DNA of 64,000 nucleotides from the NCBI GenBank assembly GCA_951406725.2, contig OX597818.1, positions 26,722,001-26,786,000 on the forward strand, read 5' to 3'. Of the stretch, positions 55,798 to 64,000 are shown piece after piece. Under the pieces are notes generated by a model, which was not told the DNA's origin, did no database searches, and worked only from the letters and a program-made list of their open reading frames with translations. Every line of letters begins with the position of its first letter. The first letter of the stretch is position 1. This DNA is from Octopus vulgaris. Its lineage: Eukaryota. The translations under genes were made by a program, and so were the position numbers.

Positions 55798-56689
55798 TTC
55801 TTACTTAGCTGCCTAAACTTCTCTAGTTTTCATGGGGAAAATATCATTAAGCATATCATTAAACTTATTGTATATGATTTCCATATACATGTTTATTGAA
55901 CATGTATTGTTTTATACAACTGCTGAACATCTCTCTCGTCAGAGCATAATAAACCTGATTACGTTGAATTATTGACTAGATGACAGTTGTTTCAAGAATA
56001 TTTTATAAACGGCATTCATCTTTCTTTATATAACTATACAATTTATTTTTCTCCTTTATTCTCTTCACCAACTCCACATTTTCCATCAATGTTCGTATGT
56101 CTCAAATTCTCAGTCTTTGTGTTGAAGTAACTCATGCTGGGAATTGCATCGGTTGATTTTTATTTCTTTCGACATTTTGTCAATATGTCAATATTTTCAT
56201 TATATAAGTGGTGGTAGAGTAGCTTAATCAGCAGCACAATCAGTAGCATACTGAACCACTTACATAACAGTATTCAGTTATATTTCATTACATTGTGTTC
56301 AAACTATGATAAAGTTAATTTTGATTTTCATCTCTCTGAGATCAATAAAACAAGTACTGATGTTCATTACGTGTAGCAGAAGCAGTATTAGTTTAAAATA
56401 GCTATCTGTGTATCATACTTAAAGCAGATAAACACTGAAAGCCTGATTAATTGCAGTATTCAACTTGAGATAGGAATTCTTATAGACATACAGTATTAAA
56501 AAACAATGATATATTTTTGTGTTTTTTAACACAGTACATCCTATATGAGAAACTATTTCAAGACAAATACCACTGTAAATTAGGCTTTCAATGTTTCACA
56601 TATGCTTTCAGTGCCTCAAGTATAATACATATATGATACCCAAATTGCTAAGTACTAATAATGTACAAGGATTAATTAACAGACAATGT

Positions 56690-56850
56690 TCATCATCATC
56701 ATCATTTAATGTCTGCTCTCCATGCTGGTATGGATTAGACTGTTTGACTGAAACTGGTAAGCCGGAGAGCTGCACCAAGTTCCAATCTGATTTGGCATGG
56801 TTTCTACAGCTGGATGCCCTTCCTAATGCCAACCACTCTAAGAGTGTAAT
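56690..56850 (-). mobile_element. RTE-type 3' tail
   Basis: (CAT)n...tttctacagctggatgcccttcctaatgccaaccactc. Confidence 0.8.
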
Positions 56851-57439
56851 GCGTGTTTTCATTTTCTATAAATTAGAGACTTGAGATAGAGTCATAAATA
56901 TAAATCAACAATTTCATAGTATACTTCTATTCCATTACTGCTGTAACTGGAAATTAATGTTTGGTGTTTAAAGAGAGGAATTGTTATCATACAAATATGT
57001 AACCAAGTTTATTCCTGTTTAATATGTTAGTTAAAAGTGTTTGTGCTAGACAGAAAAGGAATGAAGAGAAATCTCCTTGGAATATTTCTCTTCTAATAAA
57101 GATGTGGTTAATTTCTTAATTCTTTCTTCTGTCTATAATTGCAAAATTGTTTACCATTTACTCATAACATATTTAATGCATTTTCTTATTACCAGTGCAA
57201 TCTTACTTATAGCGAATGTTCCCAGGATTCATGTGTGCAGAATATTGTCAAAACCCATTTGATAGACAATCCATGCCATGCTTAGACCATTCTGGCAACA
57301 TCCCTGCTGTTCTTCTAAAAACAAGTTGATAGTTTCTTAAATATTTTTTTAAAAATTTATTTAGCCTCTGCAACGATATCAAAGTTAAAGTTTTGTATGT
57401 TGTTGGAAGGCAGGTTACAAACCTTTAGTTTTCAGGGTT

Positions 57440-57606
57440 TGCCCTCAAGCAAAATGCTTAGTGACATTTCTTCTGGTTCTTTATGTTCTAAGCTCAAATC
57501 CTACCAAGGTCAACTTCTTTTGGAATTGATAAATAAGTACTGATATAAATGTAATTGACTTATCCCCTTCCCTTAAAATTGATGGCCTTGTGTCAAAATT
57601 CGAAGC

Positions 57607-57643
<37 letters not shown>

Positions 57644-57870
57644 GAAGGTGGTGAGCTAGCAGAATTGTTAGCATGCCTGGCAAAATGCTTGGTAGCAGTT
57701 CATCCACGTTTACATTCTGAGTTCAAATCCTGCCAAGGTTGATTTTTGCCCTTCATCCTTTTGGGGGTCAATAAAATAAGTACCAGTTGAGCACAGGGGT
57801 CAATGTAATTGACTTACTCTCTACCCCAAAATTACTGGGCTTGTACCAAAATTTGAAACCATTAACATTA
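57440..57870 (+). mobile_element. Two tandem Nin-like SINEs joined by (TTA)n
   Basis: Homologous to the 46409-48310 units. Confidence 0.8.
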
Positions 57871-58239
57871 TTATTGAATGAGAGAGCAGCACACACCATG
57901 CTGGGGTACAAATATACCCATGGCTAAACATACACTAGGAACATGCTCACACCTGTATGTTCGCAACATGGTGAATGTTCACAGCCTGGTGACCTCATAT
58001 CAAGATAAACAGTGCACGATCTCAAATGTGGGGCCCAGTTAAAAGTCTCCAGGTGTGAATTATTCAAACCCCAAATAATCCCTCTCAGTTTATTGGTATG
58101 ATGTTCCCCAACTACTCTCGTCCATGATCAGAGATGCACATATCATCAGCCACCAAGGGACATGCTCAACTGGTTATGGTGAAGCAACTGACAAGTAAAT
58201 CTGTGGTAAAGTGCCAGACAAAATGTTCTACAGTTTATT

Positions 58240-58570
58240 CTTTTATATGTTTACTTGTTTCAGTCATTTGATTATGGCCATGCTGGAGCACTGCTTTCAA
58301 GAGTTGTTGGTTGAATGTATTGACTCCAGTACTTATTTACTTTTAAGCCTGGTATTTATTCATTCTGTCTCTTATGCCAAACTACTAAGTTATAAACCAC
58401 ACTACTTGTCAAGCAGAAGGAGACACAGACACAAAGACACATATACATAGATATACATATATATGCATATATATAATAGTAAATGACACTTGCCCAAGGT
58501 GTCACACTGTGGGACTGAACCCAGAACCATGTGGTTGGGAAGCAAGCTTCTTACCACACAGCCATGCCAT
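58240..58570 (-). mobile_element. CORE-like SINE, internally deleted
   Basis: tttcagtcatttga...ggccatgctggagcac and gacacttgcccaagg...gggactgaaccc. Confidence 0.75.
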
Positions 58571-59019
58571 TTATGTCATTTTTTACATTCTGAGTTCGAA
58601 TCTCAGAAAGGATCAAATTAAGGAGTCAATAAGTTAAGGAGCCAATTTAATCCACCATACTTCCACCAATATAAATATAGGACCAAGATGTTAGAAATTA
58701 ACATTTACAGAACTGGCTGGTAGTCATACAAAGTGACTTATTGTATATAGTTAGATCAGTTTATGTTCTGAGTTCAAATTCTACTAAAGTCAACTTTGCA
58801 TTTTATCTGCTTACAGTTGATGAAATTGTTACCAGCTATACTAGAATTAATTTAATTAATTATTCCTTCATCTCAAAATTTATGACTTTATACTAAGATC
58901 ATTAGTATTTGGGCAGTGGATGGCAGAAATAATATACTGTCAGATAAAGCTATCTATTATCCTGGCCAAAATCTTCAACCTTTCTCCTTCTACAAGGATC
59001 TCTTCCAATCTATCATGCC

Positions 59020-59390
59020 TCCCCCAATTATAAACAATATGCCACCAGAAATCTCAAAGTTACTACAAATGCCAGGCTTCCCAAATTACTGAAGATCTCT
59101 CCTGATGAACATTCATGTTCAATATTGCAGAGACTACATCACAAAGATTGGCTCTCCTCTTCACAGCCAGAAAATGTTTCATCTTCCAAATGTTTCTACC
59201 TCTATACAAAGCTCCAGTGAGATCCACAATAGAATACTTCTGCCATATCTGAGACAATTTTGCTCCTACACATATAGACATGCTCGACTACATCCAAGAA
59301 AAAGCCACCGAACTAACATAGAGTCACTTACAAAAACACTCCAACCCCTGACCCACTGACCTGGTGGTGCATCTCTCTTCTACTACTACT
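59020..59390 (+). pseudogene. Decayed CR1/L2-type LINE RT C-terminal fragment
   Basis: gaagatctctcctgatgaacattcatg...ctatacaaagct parallels 60455-60580. Confidence 0.5.
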
Positions 59391-59419
59391 AATAAAAATA
59401 ATAATAATAATGATAAAGG

Positions 59420-59812
59420 TTCTGTTATTCTTTTACTTGTTTCAGTCATTAGACAGTGGCCATGCTGGGGCACTACCTTGAAGAATTTTAATCAAATAAA
59501 TTGATCCCAGTGCTTTAAAAATTTTTTAATCTGGTACTTATTCAGTTAGTCTCTTTTGTGAAACCACTAAATTATGGAGACGTAAATACACTAACACTGG
59601 TCATCAAGTGGTGGTGGGGGACAAACACACACATACACACTTATACAATGGTCTTCTTCCAGTTCTCATCTACGAAATCTACTCACAAGGCTTTGGTCAG
59701 CCCAGGGCTATAGCAGAAGACGCTTGCCCATGATGCTACACAGTGGGACTCAACCCAGAACCATGTGGTTGGGAAGCAAGCTTCTAACCACACAGCCACT
59801 TCTGTGCCTATA
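59420..59812 (-). mobile_element. Full-length CORE-like SINE
   Basis: Reverse complement of the 16564-16992 family. Confidence 0.82.
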
Positions 59813-59829
59813 AGAATAATTATGATAGT

Positions 59830-60175
59830 TCTTTCAAGTTTTGGCTCAAGGCCAGTAATTTTGATGGGAGGGGAAGTCAGTTACAGAATATAATGAGTTG
59901 GGAGAAATACTGCAAAGCATTTTTTTCTGATGCTTTAACAATTCTACCAGCTTGCTACCTTTGGTTTCAAATTTTGAGGGAAGAGAGGAAGTTGATTACA
60001 TCACCTGCCAATACTTGACTAATATTTATTTTATTGACCCCCCCCCCCCGCCAGTACTTGACTGGTACTTATTTAATCGACCCCAGAAGGATGAAAGGCA
60101 GAGTTGATGTCAGTACAATTTGAACTCAGATTCTAAAGAGCCAGAAGAAATGCTGATATACTAGCAATTCTGCTG
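59830..60175 (-). mobile_element. Nin-like SINE fragments
   Basis: tggtacttatttaatcgaccccagaaggatgaaaggc...tttgaactcag. Confidence 0.7.
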
Positions 60176-60399
60176 ACAATTTCCTGTTACATCATTCAAG
60201 CCCACTCACTTGTCTCTCTCTTCCTCATGTCAGCCATATTGAGTTTATTCCCACATCAGACCCTACACCATTTTACACAGGGGTGAAAAGAGCCTTTGAA
60301 AATATCCTTTAATGGAAGCCTGACAAATGTTTCCTTCCACAGCACAAAAATAGCTACGGCTCATATCAATAAATCAGCAGCGTGTCACATTCTATCTAG

Positions 60400-61030
60400 T
60401 CTTGGACAACACCAAAACCCTTCAAATTTTACGCAAATGCTAGGTTTCACCATCTGTGATGATCTTTCCTGGAAATCTCATATCCACAACATAGCAAAAA
60501 CTGCATTCAAAGGATTAGTTTTCCTTTTCAGGATCAATTAATACTTCAGTTCCAAATAGCTGTTAACTCTTTACAAAGTTAAAATGATGTCAATAATAGC
60601 ATACTGCTCTCCCATATATGGGATAGTACTGAAGTTACATAAAAACATGCTAGACTACTTCTAAAAGAAAACCGTCCAACTGACCGGTATAAAGCCATTC
60701 ACCCACACACTTCAGTCTCTGCTTACAGACATGCTGTCGTCTCATTCCACTTTTTCTCTACTATCACAAAGGATTTTACTCCTTGGAACATGGTAGTATA
60801 CAACTAGCTTAATTGTATACCATCTTCATCTAAAACTGCCAGATACTCTATTTCTCCTCTTCTTGTTACTGATACTCTGTATAGCCTTCCCCCATCCACA
60901 CCCCAGAACTAACTACTACACTCAAACCTTTCTTCCTGATATGTCAACTCTGGAATTCTCTTACACTTTTCCTGTGGATGTCAATTTACAGATGCTCAAA
61001 CTGAACATGAAACATATCAATCTCAACAGC
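60400..61030 (+). pseudogene. Decayed CR1/L2-type LINE RT C-terminal fragment
   Basis: LGFTICDDLSWKSHIHNIAKTAFKGLVFLFR, then LTLYK. Confidence 0.65.
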
Positions 61031-61390
61031 CTCACATGGCTTACAAATATAAGAAGCATGCCTTCTTTTTGACTAAACCATCAGAAACACATAGTGATAT
61101 CTGGTATCAGTTGAAGTTAATTAAAACTGTCCTCAATTTCTAGTTCATTGAAAATTAAAATACTTCCACTTAATAAAGATATGGTTTGAATATTCAAAGT
61201 TTTCTTAATTATTGGGTCAGACTTTGACGATACTTTCTCACCCATTGGTTAGCCATTCCACCCCTCTTCTCCACTCACTAATCCTGGGAGGGTCATGGGG
61301 GTAGAGAAAATTGTCATTAGACTTTCCAACTGGATTCTCAAGCATGACCAACTGAGACTATGGCTATTATACAGCCATCTCGTTCTTGGT

Positions 61391-61740
61391 CTACCTAATG
61401 TTCAAAGGTCTACCTCTTCCACAGGTGCCCTCAACCACTAGGGTGTGGCACTTTTTCACACAGCTATACTCATCCATTCTCACCACATGACCATACCAGC
61501 GCAATTGTCTCTCTTGCACACCACAACTGATGCTTCTTAGGTCCAACTTTTCTCTCAAGGTACTTACACTCTGTCGAGTATGTACACTGACATTGCACAT
61601 CCATCGGAGCATACTGGCTTGATTCCTTGTGAGCTTACGCATATCCTCAGCAGTCACGGTCCACGTTTCACTGCCATGTAGCATTGCTGTTTGTACACAT
61701 GCATCATACAGTCTGCCTTTTACTCTGAGCGAGAGGCCCT
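61391..61740 (-). pseudogene. RTE LINE ORF fragment
   Basis: MLHGSETW...MLRWMC...LREKL...LRWYGHVVRM...VEGTCGRGRP. Confidence 0.88.
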
Positions 61741-62519
61741 ACTGTTAAAATCGAACTGCATTCTTCAAAACTTGTACTAAGAATAAGAACAAAGTAAAAT
61801 TATAGCAAGTTGATGCAGATAGTTTATCCCATCCCCCTCTGACTTTTAGTTCAGGTAATTGAAAAAAACCACATTATTTATGGGATGACCCAATCCTTTT
61901 TTTTATTTTAATGACTTAAATTAGAATGTACATTCTATTGTGTATTTTCTCCTGGTAACAAGAGCATAGTATTTCTTCAGGAAAAAAATTATTGTGTTGA
62001 ACAACAACAAAACATTCCTTTCAGAATAAAAACTATAATACAAGTAATACAGACGCATTCAAAGTTTATTGACTTCTTAGTCCAGGATGCAGACATCCAA
62101 AGTTGCTCTAGTTTTTTGTTTTTGTGACCACTATGTGGCAACTACATGAAATTTTACACAACAGTAGAGAAAAATATGATTAACTCGTCGAGCATGAAAA
62201 GTGCATATTAATGAATTATACTTTTAATATTTCATAGTTATGTTTGTCACCCACTTGAGTCAAAAATTGGAAACTAGGCCAATGGCATGTGTATTAGACT
62301 TCCTTTTTTGTTGTGAAGGAAAGATTGTAGTGTACAGAATGTTGAAACAAATCTGATTTCAGAATAAATAAGACTGTGAACTTAAATTTACATACTATTA
62401 GAGGGTCTTTTTCTTGGTTTTTACTTGAAATATTTTCACTTACTGAGACATATTTGCAAACCATTTAAATTAAATGGAAATGGGGGAGGGGAGGGGAGGG
62501 AAGTTTATGGAGTGTAAAT

Positions 62520-62782
62520 TTTGTCTTTGTGTGGGTGTGTGTGTGCCCTTGTCTAGACATCATGTTATGGTTGTAAATAAGCATCATGGTCATACAAGCA
62601 ACATTGTTTGTTTCCAGTCATTGGTGAAAAACATATTTGGTCATGGGGAAATACTACCTTCCTTAGAATTAGATGAGGGTCAGCAACACCAGCCATAGAA
62701 AATCTGCCTCAAATTCTGTTTAACCCATGCAAGCTTGGAAAAGTGTACATTAAACGATGACAATGATAATAAAGATGATGAA
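62520..62782 (+). mobile_element. Decayed SINE-like repeat ending in an RTE-type tail
   Basis: tagaaaatctgcctca...acccatgcaagcttggaaaagtg...taaacgatga; homologs at about 10190-10400 and 29900-30110. Confidence 0.6.
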
Positions 62783-64000
62783 AGACAATTTTAAGTTGCA
62801 ATCACATAATTTGCATTAATATATTAGCAGAATTAATAGAACAGCAGATTTGATCCAGAACTTGTTGTTAGCTACTGTAAAACCATTGAACAACAGTGTG
62901 ATCCACTTGAGGAATTTTCATCTCAGAAATATAAGAACTGTATTATCCAATCAATACAGAGCCAACATAAAACATCAATGGAAGTTTATAAGTCTTAAAA
63001 CTTCACTCTGAAACTGCCTACAGCCCTAGTGTAATGGATGAAGGCACTGTTTAATGCAGTGCAGTCATCTAAAGGTTCTGAGCTCAATCCCAGACAAGGC
63101 ACTAAAGTGAATCACAAGACACCTGCTGATGGCAAAACATCTGAAAGCAACAATCAACTAATACATAATATGAAAAATTCCTCACTGCAGAAATATAATT
63201 GTAGATGCACAATATTGTACATGAGTAGGTTGTATCTGGATGCCATAAATTTTGAATGAACAGAAATATATTTTATACTTAAACTCTAGGGTTGCAATTC
63301 TATTTTTTATTTCTTCTTTTACATCTCTTCTTCCCTATGCCACTTATCCATACACACACACACACACACATGATTTTATATTTAATTAAATGCACTTATC
63401 AGGGCAATATTATTGCAGTTTCTCACATCTCCTTGAAGTTATGGTCATTAGACATGTCTGACAAATTTGTCCTTTTGAGCAAGAATGGTCTTTTGTTTGA
63501 GAAATGAAAAGGAAGTGATGGCTATTTATGTTCTTAGCATGCTAGGAAACAAAGTTTATTTTTGATAAATAATTAGCACTAGAATAATAAAAAGGCAGTC
63601 AGAGATTATGGTCAGCTAGTTATCTTTCCTGATATGAGAGGTTTACTCTCAGTTGAAAGATAGAAAGAAAAGGAGGGAAGAGAAAAATGGTGTCTACCCA
63701 CAGAATGAACCAGTGAAAAACAAGGTTGGAAAAAAAGGAGTAGAAAAAAAAGAAAAATTAAAAGATTGTAGAAGAAGCACATGCGCGCATCCAACCACAA
63801 GATCAGCATTCTTACAGTGGTAAAGTACAAACCAGAGAATGTATTTTCTCTTGTGTAAGCATGAAGCAAATGTCTTGGATTTTGTATTCAAGTACAGCCC
63901 AGGTATGAACAAGTATTTCTAATACTATCGGTCATTTCCCAACAATACATTACTCACACTTTCAATTAATCCCTGCTGTTATAACTAACAGCTTTTCCTT

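Noticed and set aside
54790-56200. Possible decayed minus-strand coding sequence
   Set aside because: No recognisable protein motif by eye; frames are broken by stops.
63772-63820. Possible small host exon (tgtag...gtaaag)
   Set aside because: No polypyrimidine tract, weak donor, no recognisable peptide.

Overview
AT-rich, repeat-saturated eukaryotic genomic DNA, either intergenic or deep intronic. The repeat families strongly suggest an octopus (coleoid cephalopod) genome; this is an inference. No host exon can be supported, and almost every long ORF in the track is a (TA)n/(TG)n artefact. Real coding remnants all belong to retroelements: a young 5'-truncated CR1/Jockey-group LINE, RTE LINEs (one ending in three C2H2 fingers), R4/Dong RLE fragments and two Penelope-like (PLE, GIY-YIG) fragments. 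Also present are several tRNA-derived SINE families, two non-autonomous Helitrons and several MITEs. The main signal is about 10 unrelated short non-coding elements, most sitting in (TA)n tracts, that carry minimal type I hammerhead ribozyme (HHR) motifs, often in fold-back form (arms of 24 to about 500 bp). One has a tRNA-like Pol III head between two inverted HHR arms, a candidate PLE-mobilised ribozyme SINE. All motifs and coordinates were read by eye and may be off by a few bases.
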